DNA of 64,000 nucleotides, taken from NCBI GenBank assembly GCA_964106915.2, contig OZ066919.1; one strand, given 5' to 3'. Positions 23,830 through 36,439 of the stretch are shown here, piece by piece. The notes beneath the pieces are model-generated. The model ran no database searches, was not told the DNA's origin, and saw nothing but the letters and a program-made list of their open reading frames with translations. The stretch is from Podarcis gaigeae (Eukaryota). Both the position numbers and the translations under genes were made by a program. Position 1 is the first letter of the stretch; each line of letters starts with the position of its first letter.

Positions 23830-24560
23830 AAGTGAACTCCCGCCAGGGGACAAGCCTGGGCAGAATGTTTGGAGGTCCTGGGCTGCCTAGATGATGAGAC
23901 CCCCTCTCAGCCTCACGGATGTGAGGAAAGCAGAGCAAGATGTTTGGCACCAGTGTGGTTGCAGGGGTGCCAACTTGAGTAAGGTGAGCCCTGCCCCACA
24001 TAATTGATCACATGATGTGATGCATGCACACCAGCTGAATGGCAATGCCCATCAACTTTGGAGGGCTCCAGCCCCCTCAGATATTTTAGGGGGGCAAGGT
24101 CCCCATGGCCTCGGCTCCTATTCTTTGCAGGAATTGCCAGAAGGAGACCTACAAGACACCATCCAACTGCCTTAGAGACTCCACTCCAGATTTGCGTCGG
24201 GTTTACTCCTGAGCCCTTTCTTCTCCCAAAGATTTCCCACAAGTCAGTGGGTACAGATTGTTCCTCAGGGTTTACTCACGAAGCCACTCTTACAAATGAG
24301 TGTAGCTGCAAGGCAGCAAAGGTTTAGGATCAGTGTTTCCCTTCTCCTCGGTGGGCTACCTTCCCAGGTTGACAAGCCTCACCTGCCCCTCACTTCCCTC
24401 TACAGCATGTTCAGAAACCGCCTTCTTGACCGTTAGACCCACTACTGGTCTCGTCCACTCAGTTGGCTGGAGTCTATCTTCACATGCAGTCCCTAAATCA
24501 CCAAGGATTTGAAACTCATTTGCTACCCTCACCTGGTTAGCCTAGTCCAAGCCGTTCCTG
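23830..24560. mobile_element. RTE-like non-coding fragment with a nested approximately 150-bp insertion (about 23972-24122)
   Basis: Homology to 21685-21860 is split by caggggtgccaact...ggctcctat. Family assignment is from motif recollection only. Confidence 0.45.
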
Positions 24561-25040
24561 GCATGTGGCTGCTATTGAATGCTGACAGTTGAGAGCTGAG
24601 TGCAGAGTGGGGACCCATGGGGGATGGACTACCCAGAAGGAGCATGTCCCTCACCAGTGGCACTACCCCTCCTCCAACACCCCATGCATTTCTATGCACA
24701 TCCACACAAATATGAAGCAGAAGGGATTTCTAGGAAGGACTGTAGGCATGTGGCTTTCAGAGAGCCAGAGGATGCTGAGGTTTTCATGAAATTAGGCAAA
24801 GAGCAGCATGTTTCCCACTGGGCCACAAATCCCCCAACTAACAGTTAGGCTATTATAATGCTGATGCAGTGCTGTAATAGATCAGTTCCTTTCAAACTGT
24901 CCTCTACTACTGATGGTCTTGCTGAGGAATAAACACCAAAAATGCTGACGACATCTTGCCCTCCACCCTTTATCACTGGCCCTGCAATGCACAACCATGT
25001 GAGAGTACAGAGTTGCTCCAGAGTACATTTGCAGTTCACT

Positions 25041-25171
25041 TGGGAAACCTTTGGCCCTCCAGATGTTGCGGAATTACAACTCCCATCACCTCCAGCTACT
25101 AGCCGTGCTTTCTGGGGCTGATGGGAGTTGTAGTTCCGCAACATCTGGAGAGCCAGATGTTCCTATCCCTG
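25041..25171. mobile_element. Palindromic hAT MITE, related family
   Basis: ggccctccagatgttgcggaattacaactcccatca / tgatgggagttgtagttccgcaacatctggagagcc foldback. Confidence 0.8.
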
Positions 25172-26521
25172 GCCTTGGTGATAGGGAGCCCCATCACTAA
25201 CCCATGTGAATGGCATGTGTTCCAGCCGTTGAAAAGAGCTGTTCATTTGGCTGGCTGTGGCAAGCTATGACTTGCATCCAGCTGACCAGACAGGGAAGCT
25301 TTCGTAACTAGAAGAGAGGTGACAAATGGAGGCAAAGTTCAAGCTGACTTGCCAGTGGATTTTCCCATTGAAAACAATGGGAAAGTGCTCCACTTTCCCT
25401 GGGCTGTGCCCCAACGTCTGTTCTGCTTCCAGACCATCAATGTATAAATGGTAAAAGTTTCTGGGCATAGCAGCATTTGTACCTGTATTTGCAAAGCTGC
25501 CCCCCAGTGTGCCTCAGAACCAGCTTCCTGTGGGTTGGGGTTCCTTTTCAGATAACTTGATGAAGGAAGAGTTCCCTGTAGGGAGATACTTCGTAAAACC
25601 GCTGAGCTAAAGGGAGTGAAATGCTGGAGTGCCGCACGTTCCTAGGATGCAAAAATGATCATGGCTGGTTTATTTGACGTTTATTGAGCCTGTTTGGGGA
25701 TATGCCAGCAAATGGAAAGAATCTATAATGGAGAGGCCTCTTTTCACAAACTGGGTGGGAAATGTATGTAGGTGGGCAGGGGGTGGGGTGGAAGAGAGTG
25801 GGGTTTTTGTTTGCTTTTTGCTAAAGCTGATAAATCCTGAAGCTATTCTTCATTTGATTGCCTACAAAGAATTAGTATCAAAGGGGGATTCCCCTTTTCT
25901 TCCTTCCTGGGATGGTTAAGTTGAGTCGAAAACAGTTCCTTGATCCTAACTATAATGGCACGAAATGAGGAGCTAACAAAGGCTCTGATTGTCACAACAA
26001 GAGCCCAGACTATCCCAGTTCTCTGGCTTGGCTCCAGCATTTCCTCTTTGCTGTGTCAACTGCAGGGAAAGTGAAAGTATGAGCCCATCATCTTTGTGGG
26101 AAACGTATATTGCACTTCTGAACCAGTTGCTGTGGTTTCATTCAGTGTCCTACACAGAAACATGTCTCCTGTCTTGGAGTTCTTAAGATTATGTGAGGCT
26201 CAAGATTATGCGAGTACCTTTTTAAAACAAAGCAATGGGGTGTTGTTGTTTCTAGCATTTATTTATTTAGCACTTATATAGACTTTCAAGTGTTCCATAT
26301 ATTTTGCTTAGGAAGCTGCCTTACGGTCTTTCTAGCGCTGCCTTGCTGGCAAGGGCTCTCCAGAGAGGGACAACCCTGCAGTGTAGTTTCGCTTCTACGT
26401 GGTTTGCACAGCTGTGTTGCTGTGTTGTCCAGATGTATCAGCCCCTTATAGCAGGTTGGGGTTTGGTCTGAAACAGAGAGAGAAGCTTCCAGTAACCCTG
26501 AGGTTATAGGCCACAATTGCT

Positions 26522-26920
26522 CTAGGAGAAAAGTTGGGACGTTTGGGACATTTTAGGGAAAAAAGGGCGAGTAAGAGGGGGAACATGTACAAAATTGTGC
26601 ATGGTGTGGAAAATGTAGATGCTCAGGGTCATCCAGTGAACCTCTTCACACAGCACAAAATTAAACTGGACTTTGTCCCCATCATATGTAGTGCTGGCCA
26701 CCAGCACGGATGGCTTTAAAAGGGGATTAGACAGATGCATGGGGCTTGTGGTTATCAGGGGATGCTAGCAACAACGGCCGTATGGTGGAGACTACCAGTT
26801 TCTGGGAATCGGATGTGGAGAGTGCTGATGTACTCGGGTTCTGCTTGCAGACTTCCCATAGGCATTTGGTTGGACACTGTGAGAATGGGGTGCTGGAGAA
26901 GTGGGACTTTGGCCTAGGAC
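26522..26920 (+). mobile_element. Old CR1 3' fragment
   Basis: Degenerate match to the CR1 RT end (RGDM..YKIVHGVENVD) and ggctttaaaaggggattagac. Confidence 0.6.
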
Positions 26921-27961
26921 GGTGCTGTGTTACCTGTTCCTTTTATCTCCATATTACACGTTGTGCTGGGTGAGTAGTGTGCAGCCCTACAGTGTAATCC
27001 AGTGACTACTAACATTGCACCCTCAGATTTCCTTTCAGGCCAAATCAAGCATTAACTACATGGAGAAGCCTCATGTTTCATTGACTTGCATGCAGACCGG
27101 CTGCACATTTCATATGCGCATAGTGAGACCTATGTTGGAGCAAGGACTCCTGTCTTCAGTGCTAGCTTTTGGAGTGTGCTCCTTTCATCCTCCTCAGCCT
27201 CAGTTGCTTGGGCATTGTTGGCATAGGGGAAGAAGATACACACAAGTGTTTTGTTGCATGTCAGAGTCCAAAAAGTGAATTTGCACATTACTTTTTGTGT
27301 CCTTGGAAAGGACCACCACAGTTGCATCCCATGAGTTGACACGGGTAGAGTATGGTACGTAGGCACAGTAGATCAGAGTTAAAATCTCTGTCCACCCCAT
27401 GACATTCACAGAGGACCTTGGACAGGTCAATATATCACTCGCCTACCTTGCTTTGGCAAAAAAAGGATAAGTTCCATGCATTCTGCACTGAGCTCATGCG
27501 GAGGACGGGCTGGATACAAATGCTATTGATTAATTGTTCCTTTAGTAAAATGACAGAGTGGGCAGTTGTGCTGTTATGAAAAATTTAAAATAATACCAGT
27601 TGCACTCCTTGCAGGTAAAATGACAAAGCTGTGTATGCACACCACTCTAAAACATTTGTGGCACATTTTCAGCTGGGAAGAAGTGTCCATTCTCATCTAG
27701 TGTGCTAAAACTCCCTCTAACCTATTGCCTAATGTCTTTTCTTGCCACAAGTAACCAGGAGAGCGACCATTTACAAGTTTACAGTATGACAAACATAGCC
27801 TTTTCGTTTTGTTTTGATATTATAAACATAGCTTCTCATTCTGATTTTTCACACAAACCTTTATAGCAAGTCGACCCTGCAGACTTTGAAAAGAACGAAG
27901 AGACATTTCTCTCTCTTGCTGCTCTTGTCTCAAACTCCCAACACTTTTTCTTCTCTTACAG

Positions 27962-28266
27962 GAAAGGCCTTTGATATTACATACGTACGCCTGAAATTTC
28001 ACACCAGCCGGCCGGAGAGCTTTGCCATCTACAAACGCACTCGGGAAGATGGTCCTTGGGTGCCTTACCAGTACTACAGTGGCTCATGCGAGAACACCTA
28101 CCGCAAATCCAGCCGTGCCTTCATCAGGACCGGGGAGGATGAACAGCAGGCCCTTTGCACAGACGAGTTCAGTGACATTTCTCCACTCACGGGAGGCAAC
28201 GTAGCCTTTTCAACACTGGAGGGCAGGCCCAGCGCTTACAACTTTGACAACAGCCCTGTCTTACAG
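27962..28266 (+). CDS. LAMC1: Laminin gamma-1 exon 2 (LN domain), 305 nt, phase 1 to 0
   Basis: ttctcttacag|GAAAGG ... TTACAG|gtaagg; encodes [27 protein letters not shown]...[17 protein letters not shown]. Confidence 0.97.
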
Positions 28267-28779
28267 GTAAGGAGAATGGGGATTGGATCTGGATTAGAGG
28301 CTGTGATTGAGACACCCTCAGTTCTTCATATCTAAGTCTCTCCTGGGTACAACCAGAAAAAGACACTAGGCAGCTCTTCTCTACTTTTTATGGATAACCC
28401 CAATGTAGGCCCACAGCATGCTCCAGTTAGCGAGGTTATCTATGGTCCTGCTTCTTCAGGTGTGTTCTGTATCTTGCTGTTTAGCAGCTGGTCAGGGAGA
28501 CCCTGGCGTGAGACGTGAAGCACCTGAGTGCAGCTCAGTGGGAATGGACAGATCTGAGCCTCAGGGTGCGATTCCTCACACATTCTCTGGCACAATCTCT
28601 ATTGAAATGAATGGGAACCACAGAACAACCTGTCTGCTCCTTTGAAGGAGACCAATATACATGTGTGATGAAGAATAATTAGTAAAACCGTAATGGGAGA
28701 GCTTGGGAATTTGGCTGTTTTTGGGGTCCACCATGTAGGTCCAGTGGTTTGTTGCAGGGGAAAACTGGTGCAGATTTTT

Positions 28780-29015
28780 ATAAGAACATAAGAAGAGCCT
28801 GCTGGATCAGGTCCATGGCCCATCTAGTCCAGTATCCTGTTGTCACACTGGCCGTGGGAAGACCCCAAGCAGGACCTGAGAGCAACAGCACTCTTCTCTC
28901 CTGCAGTTTCCAGCAGCATTATTCAGAAGTACAGTGCCATTGGATAGCCTTAATATCTATGAATTTGTCTAATCTTCTTCAAAAGCGATCTAAGTTGGGG
29001 GCCATCACTGCCTCT
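28780..29015 (-). mobile_element. Old CR1 3' end fragment
   Basis: ataagaacataagaagagcctgctggatcag...catctagtccagtatcctg tail motif. The same family occurs on the + strand at about 51390-51482. Confidence 0.7.
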
Positions 29016-29639
29016 GTTTAACTGATCCATTTAAATTTACATCCTGTCACACCTCCTAACAAGGAAACCAGGCATCTTCCTTTTAAGGGAAACAGAACTG
29101 TTGTGTTGCATCGCTGTTGTATTTGTTTTTCCGTGGGATCCGCCTGCTTCCTTTTCAAATTGGCATCAGCACATCTTAAAGCTATGAAATGAACAGGAAA
29201 AATACTGGTTGCTGTGAACATGAAAGCCTCTCTGATGATTATTCAGTATGTGCTGGAATGCAGGCTCCCAAGAAAAGACAGACTTGAGCCCAAGAGCCTT
29301 GGGGCAGGTATCTATTCTGCAGCAATTGTGCTGGTTTCCCTTGGGTTGTGGTGAGTTGATGGGAAAGCGGAAGCTGAGAATTTAAAACAAAGCATTCGTG
29401 TAAGTATGATTCATTGTGTGTATTATACATGTGTACTTGGTTCTGAGACTGGAAAACTTCTAGCAAACTAAATACATGTACATATCTTGGGTTACTTTTT
29501 TAAATTTCTCCCCTACTTCCTGGACCAAGCAAAGCATTCCAAACCATTTAGAAAGAAGGATATGGGGTAGAAATAAATCCCAAGATACGCTAGCATCCCT
29601 GAGGACTCAACTGCTTAGCTGAGTTGAGCTTGAGGGTCG

Positions 29640-32350
29640 ACTCTATCCCTAGGGCCTCTGTCCAGTTTGGGGGGGGTCTAGAGTGTGTGTTCCTGGCATT
29701 GGCCAATCAGGACAGATTAGGGATTCTGCTGGTTTACCACCCGCCTCGCTGCCCAGCAGTCTCCCTTCCTGAGCTGACAGAGCTGGTCTTGGAAGTGGTG
29801 TTGAGGACTCCCAGACTGCTGATTCTGGGAGACTTCAACATCCATGCCAAGGCAGCTGGCTCTGGGCTTCATGGCTGCCATGACAACCATGGGGCTGTCC
29901 CAACATGTCACTGGCCCAACACACATGGAAGCCCACACTCTGGACCTTGTCTTTTCAACTAGGCAGGAAGACGGTGATTTGAATGTGCAGAACATTGACA
30001 TCAGTCCCTTGTCGTGGTCACTTCCTGTTTACATTTAGAATTTCAGCACCTTTTCCTCCTCTGCAGAGGTGGGGGACCTATTAGGAAGGTCCACCCTTGG
30101 AGGCTGATGGATTCAGTGGGATTCCAAATGGGGGGTTTTCTGGCTGATATGACTGGTGCGCCTGTTGAAGTCCTGGTTGACCTCTGGAACACCTGAATGG
30201 CTCAGGCTATTGCCACGATTGCCACTGAGTGCCCTCTCCTACTTCGTGGAGCCCGACTGGCCCCCTGGTATACTCCAGAGCTTAGGGCGAGGAAACAAGC
30301 TGGGAGACGGCTTGAATGCAAGTGGAGGAAAGATTCAAATGAATGCAACCAAACACTGGTAAGAGCTCATTATGGAGCCTCCCTAGTGGCAGTGAAGACA
30401 GCAAAATAGCCTCCATGGCATCCTCATCATGTCGTCCGGCAGAACTTTTTCAGACAGGACAGGGCCTTTTACAGGATGGCCCAGAGGAGGTGGCGGGAGC
30501 AGCAGTAGCTGATGTGAATTGTTTGCAAAACATTTTGAGGATAAAATTGCTTGCATCCACCAAGACAACTGACTCTGCTGTTATAGCAGATGAATCCCAT
30601 GGGGTGTCCAGAGCAGTCTAGTCCTGTTGCGTTGGATGAGTTTCAGTTGGTACGGCTCGAGAATGTGGACAAGGCGCTTGGATCAGTCAGAGCGACCACT
30701 TGCGCTCGAGACCATTGCCCCTCTTGGCTGATAAAAGCCAGCAGGGAAGGAACAGCTGGCTGGGCCAGGGAGGTGATCAATGCCTCTTTACGAGAGGGGT
30801 GGTCCCTGCCTGTTTGAAGGAGGCAGTGAAACCTTCTCCTTAAGAAACCTTCCCTGGACTCAGAAAATCCAACTAACTACTGGCCAGTTGCTAATCTCCC
30901 TTTCCTGGGCAAGGCTCTGGAGTGAGTAGTCACAGACCAGATCCAGGCACTTTTGGAAGAAACTGATTTTCTGGATCCATTTCAATCAGGGTTTAGCAGA
31001 AACTGCTTTGGTCACCCTGTATGATGACCTCTGTCGAGAAAGAGATAAGGGAAACATGTCCCTGTTAATTTTTCTCGACCTCTCAGCAGCTTTCAATACC
31101 ATCAACCATGATATTCTTCTGGAGCGACTCTCTGAACTAGGGGTGGGTGGCACCGCTTTGCGGTGGTTCCAGTCCTACTCGGATGATCTTTCCCAGAGGC
31201 TGTTACTTGGGGAATGCTTTTCAGCCCTGTGGAACCTTCAGTGTGGGGTTCCACAGGGCTTAATCCTATCCCCCATGTTGTTTAACATCTACATGAAACC
31301 GCTGGGTGGGGTTATTCAGAGCTTTGGAGTACGTTGTCAGCAGAATGCTGATGACACTCAGCTCTGTTTCTCCTTTACATCTGCAGGTGAGTCAGTGGAA
31401 ATGCCTTGATAATGGACTGGATGAGAGCCAACAAACTTAAACTCAATCCAGATCACGCTGAGGCACGGTTAGTGGGTGGTTCCCTAGACCGGATGGGCTG
31501 GAAGGCTGCCTGCTCTTGATGGGGTTACACTTCCTCTGAAGGAGCAGGTTCATAGCTTGGGGGTACACCTGGATCCTTTGCTGTCGCTTGAGGCTAAGGT
31601 CTCAGTGGCCTGGAGTGCCTTCCATCAGCTTTGGCTAGTGGCCCAGCTACATCCTTATCTGGACAGGGATAGCCCAACTACTGTTGTATATGCTCAGGTA
31701 ACCTCAAGGTTAGATTACTGCAATGTGTTATACGTAGGGCTGCCTCTGAATATTGTTCAAAAACGTCTGCTAGTGCAGAATTCAGTGGCCAGGTAGCTCA
31801 CCGGAGCAAGACGGTTTGAGTATATTTCACTGATTCTGGTCAGCCTGCACTGACTACCAATTAGTTTCCAGGCCCAATTCAAAGTGCTGGTTTTGACCTA
31901 TAAAGCCTTAGATGGCTCAGGACCACAATACCTCAAGGACTGCTTCTTTCCACATGAACCTACCCGGACCCTGAGATCATCTTCTGAGGCCCTTCTGAGG
32001 GTGGCAACACGAGAACAGGGCCTTCTCTGTAGTGGCCCCCCATCTGTGGAATGCTCTCCCCAGGGAAGTTCGCCTGACACCTTCATTATACACCTTTAGG
32101 CGCCAGGCAAAAACGTTCCTTTTTGACCAGGCCTTTGGTTGATCTGATTTACATCCTATGCCCTTTTAAAATGTACTTTTTTGTGGGGGGGGGTATTTGG
32201 TTGTTCTTTTTCTTTTTATTATATATTTTGTGGTTTTACATCTTGATTTTATTCTGTGAACTGCCCTGAGACCCCCAGGTATAGGGCGGTATATAAATTC
32301 TAATAATAATAATAACAACAACAACTATAATTATTATTATAATAATAATG
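29640..32350 (+). mobile_element. Degenerate L2 LINE (AP endonuclease + RT + 3' tail)
   Basis: Frameshifted ORF pieces LLVYHPP, LILGDFNIH, HTLDLVF, LDLSAAFNTINH, GVPQGLILSPMLFNIYM, ADDTQL, SRLDYCNVLYVGLP; tail ctgtgaactgccctgag...(taa)n. Confidence 0.93.
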
Positions 32351-32928
32351 TGTCCAGAGGCTGCAGGTTTTGCACAACCTGGCAATCCAAATGCTCTGTT
32401 TGTGACTTTATGGTTGTCACAGCACAGAGCAGTAACCAGATGGGTGATTGGAGAATGAATGCACAGTTGGTACAGAATTTTTAAAATGCTGTTCAAATAG
32501 GCTTCTTAAGCTCTCGCGTGAGGTTATAAAGGGATTTTTTAAAAAATATAACGAGTTTTGATAATGGATGAGTTGTGTTCTCAAGGAAATAATGAATAAT
32601 GTGGAACTACAAGGCCCAACAGGCCTACTGGCAATGGCCTCATTTGCATGTCCCTTTAAACTATAGTTAAACGTGACTGTGGTTCAAAGCAGAACGTGCA
32701 GCAGGACGAAGTGTTGGGTGCTCTGCTCCCCGTCCGCCTCCTGCTGCTGCGTGTGGCTTAGCATTACACCTGAACCTTGCCTCTGGGTTTGTTTTCCCCA
32801 AGCAAACCACAAGCAATAAGCCAAAAACAAACCTTGGCTAGAGTCACATAGAATATATGCTATACATTGAGTGTTTCTGTGGCTTGTTCATACGTGTATT
32901 GTGGCTTCATTTCAATTTCCCCTTTTAG

Positions 32929-33059
32929 GAATGGGTAACTGCTACCGATATCAGAGTCAGCCTTAATCGCCTGAACACCTTTGGAGATGAAGTTTTTAAT
33001 GATCCCAAAGTTCTCAAGTCTTATTACTATGCCATTTCTGACTTTGCTGTGGGTGGCAG
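32929..33059 (+). CDS. LAMC1: Laminin gamma-1 exon 3 (end of LN domain), 131 nt
   Basis: ccttttag|GAATGG ... GGCAG|gtaagt; [44 protein letters not shown]. Confidence 0.97.
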
Positions 33060-33440
33060 GTAAGTAGTAAACCACATCCAATTATATATTTAATATCTTA
33101 AATAAGTGTTTGCTTGGGGCTTCTGACTGCAACCCCCCCCCCCCCCAATTTTTATTTGTATGTACAAACAGTTAAAGTTATTTTTCATTTTAAAATGATG
33201 ACTTAATAAAACATCTGTTACTGAACTTGTGTACTGATATTTAACAGGCTCAAGGACTATTCCAATATCTATGGTGCATTCTTCAAGTTCATTTGCACTA
33301 GATTCATGTAACCAGGTCAAGCTTATAAAGTTCAGTAGTACTTCTCATGATTACTTGGCGTTGTTTACATTTTATGAAAAGTCTCTGTCCATGATAAAAG
33401 AGGTTGTCATAAAGTAAAACCCAGACATGAGAATTTAACC

Positions 33441-33690
33441 CATGGGCAGGCAACCTAAGGCCCGGGGGCCGGATCCAGCCCAATAGCGCTCTCAATCCGG
33501 CCCACGGATGGTGTGTTTTTACATCAGCGTGTTTTTACATGAGTAGAATGTGTGCTTTTATTTAAAATGCATCTCTGGGTTATTTGTGGGGCACAGGAAT
33601 TTGTTCATTTTTATTCCCCCCCCCAAAAAAAAAATACAGTCCAGCCCCACACAAGGTCTGAGGGACAGTGGACCAGCCCCCTGCTGAAAA
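33441..33690 (+). mobile_element. hAT MITE resembling OposCharlie1 (OC1)-derived elements; right TIR eroded
   Basis: aaggcccgggggccggatc 5' block and agtccagccccacacaaggtctgagggacagtggaccagccccctgctgaaaa 3' block. Family match is from recollection. Confidence 0.65.
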
Positions 33691-34321
33691 CCCTTTTCAC
33701 TGGTTAATAATTGTTTGACAGTTCAGATGAGAAGCAGGGGAAAGTATTGCTAACGGTTGTGTGTTAATTGCAGCTCTGCCTTATCCCTGACTTTGTTTAA
33801 GCTAACAGTTGTCTATAAAAGCTTTCCATACAAATACTTAACTTTTCCAACTTGCTCAGAGCACTTTGTATATATCACACCAGTAACTTTCACAACAGCC
33901 TTCTCAGTTAGGCCAGTATATTTATCCGCATGCAAAGATGTGGAAGAAGGAGACAACTGATGCTGAAGAGCTGGTTTGCATAAGGCAAATAAGGTAGAAG
34001 TTGGGCTTCTTGGCTCACAATGCACTCTTTGAACTTCTAGCCACTAAACTCTGGCTGCTAGAGTAGGTACGCAGAGTACGTATCATTTGTAAACTTTGAA
34101 ATTGCTTTGCACAACTTCATCATGTTTGCTCTCCCAGTAAGTTATGTGCTCTGGCATAGTAGCATTTTTGTTTCATTTTTCAATAATAGCAGCATCCTTT
34201 ATCTGCCTTTGATTGACTTAGATGTGTCTGTATTCTTCAGTCTGTAAAACAATAACACTTCTGTCAGAGTCATGAGGGCAAACCCAGTTGAGTTTTGATA
34301 ACACTTGGGTTGTGTCTAAAT

Positions 34322-34640
34322 CAGTGCTTCTCAAAAGAATTTCTCTGGGCCACACTGTCAGAATTAAAATTTGCTTGCACCACACCAAATGTTTTTATTG
34401 ATGAGAAATGTGTTGGAAAACAAAAAGACACAACTCCTAACAGTGCTTGATTTATAACATAGAACACAACTACTTTATCATATGATCGTGGGACACCTAG
34501 AAGGTATAAAACAATGCAACTACGTAAGAGCATGAATCATTCCTAAAATATAATACTGATTGTCCCTGAATTTTCCTGCCACACTTGCCATTCTCTCCTG
34601 CCACACTAGTGTGGTGTGTCACACCATTTGAGAGCCACTG
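34322..34640. mobile_element. Old hAT-Charlie MITE
   Basis: TIRs CAGTGCTTCTCAAA / TTTGAGAGCCACTG; repeated gccacact subterminal motifs; TSD degraded. Confidence 0.65.
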
Positions 34641-34992
34641 GTTTGGGCTAACTCTGGAGAAATCAGCTGCATAATAACATAGTGGAGCGGATGTGATAGG
34701 GACACCTGAAAGCTATATTGGAATAATTGTTGCTACTTCTATCCTGCTCTTTCTCCCAAAGAAGCCCAGGGCAGCAAAGGTAGAAATGTTACAACAGGTC
34801 CCTGTTTGCCTGTCTATACTGCACGCTTTTCATTGGCAATATAAAAGGTGATTCCTCAAGGAATATGGAAGCACATTGGGCTCGGTTTCTTTCTTTTAAA
34901 GAAAAAAAAACGTTTAGAAATTGCTTTCTCACCTACTACTTTGCTTTAGCCGTCACTTGAGAGAGGTCGGGTGACTGTATTGGTTCATTGTA

Positions 34993-36096
34993 CAGTGGTG
35001 CCTCGCAAGACGAAATTAATTCGTTCCGCAAGTCTTTTCGTCTTGCGGGTTTTTCGTCTTGCGAAGCACGGTTTCCCATAGGAATGCATTGAAAATCAAT
35101 CAATGCGTTCCTATGGAAACCGCCTTCAGACCAGGTCCGGGGACAGTCTGTCCCCCGACCTTTTCTGAAGGCCGGCGGGGGGCGAAAGTCTTTGCTTCCC
35201 CCCCCCCGCCTGCCTTCCCGGGACAGCGGAGACTTTTCCGCTGTCCCGGGGCGATCTTAAAATGCTGGCGGGCGGCAGCGAAGCCTACGCTGCCGTCCCC
35301 CAGCATTTTAAAAGAGGTCCAGGACCTCTTCTGAAGGCTGGCGGGGGGCAAAAGTCTTTGTCCCCCCTGCCTGCCTTCCCGGGGGCTTTTAAATCGCCCT
35401 GGGACAGCGGAGAATTCCTCCGCTGTCCCGGGGCGATCTTAAAATGCTGGCGGGCGGCAGCGAAGCCTTCGCTGCCGTCCCCCAGCATTTTAAAAACCCC
35501 GGGACAGTGGAGGACTTCTCCGCTGTCCGGGGCGATCTTAAAATGCTGCCGCCCGCCAGCATTTTAAAATCGCCCCGAGACAGCGGAGGAATTCTCCGCT
35601 GTTCCGGGGCGATTTAAAAGCCCCCGGGAAGGCAGGCAGGGGGGACAAAGAGCGTTTCTCCGCTCTCCCGGGAAGGCAGGCAGGGGGGAGCAAAGACTTT
35701 TGCCCCCCTGCCAGCCTTCAGAAGGACCTCTTCTGAAGGCGGGCAGGGGGCAAAAGTCTTTGCTCCCCCCTGCCTGCCTTCAAAAGCCATCCGGGATAGC
35801 GGGAAGCGCTTCCCTGCTATCCCGGACTGCTTTTAAAATGCTGGCGGTGGGGAGCAAAGCCTTTCGGCCCCCGCCGGCCTTCCTGGACCTCTTCTGAAGG
35901 CCGGAGGTGGGGGGGAAAGGCTTTGCTCCCCACTGCTAGCATTTAAAAGAGGTCCCCGGAGATTTCCCTATGGGCTTTCTTCTTGCGAAGCAAGCCCATA
36001 GGAAAATTCGTTTTGCGAAGCGCCTCCAAAACGGAAAACCCTTTCGTCTAGCGGGTTTTTCGTCTTGCGAGGCGTTTGTCTTGCGGGGCACCACTG
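34993..36096. mobile_element. Tigger/pogo-like non-autonomous element (1.1 kb) with internal GC-rich direct and inverted repeat array
   Basis: TIRs CAGTGGTGCCTCGCAAGACGAA / TTTGTCTTGCGGGGCACCACTG; TA TSD. Confidence 0.92.
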
Positions 36097-36272
36097 TATG
36101 TTAAGAAATTTCCACTGCCCTGAGAATCACTTTCCTTGGGGTGGAGGCGGGAAGGAACAGACAGACCCCAGGAGTTCCTTTGATGTGAGTCAGTCTGCTT
36201 GTGTAGGAGGTTTGGACTCTTGTGGGGCACAAGATGTACATTTCTTCCTGAAGTCTTGCTCCTACCGTGCAG

Positions 36273-36439
36273 GTGTAAATGCAACGGCCACGCAAGCGAG
36301 TGTGTGAAGAATGAATATGGAAAGCTGTCCTGCAATTGCAAGCACAATACCTTTGGGGTGGACTGTGAAAAGTGCCTCCCTTTTTACAACGACCGGCCTT
36401 GGAGAAGAGCAACGGCAGAGAGTGCCAACGAATGTTTGC
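36273..36439 (+). CDS. LAMC1: Laminin gamma-1 exon 4 (LE repeat), 167 nt
   Basis: cgtgcag|GTGTAAA ... TTTGC|gtaagt; [55 protein letters not shown]. Confidence 0.97.

Larger units (their letters stand above)
1..27961 (+). other. LAMC1: Distal part of LAMC1 intron 1 (exon 1 lies upstream of the window)
   Basis: No laminin-coding sequence before 27962. The first exon begins mid-LN domain ([20 protein letters not shown]) after a pyrimidine tract and AG at 27960-27961. Confidence 0.9.

Noticed and set aside
35100-35960. Repeat array resembling CRISPR or a coding repeat
   Set aside because: The context is eukaryotic, there are no unique spacers, and the array lies inside TA-flanked TIRs.
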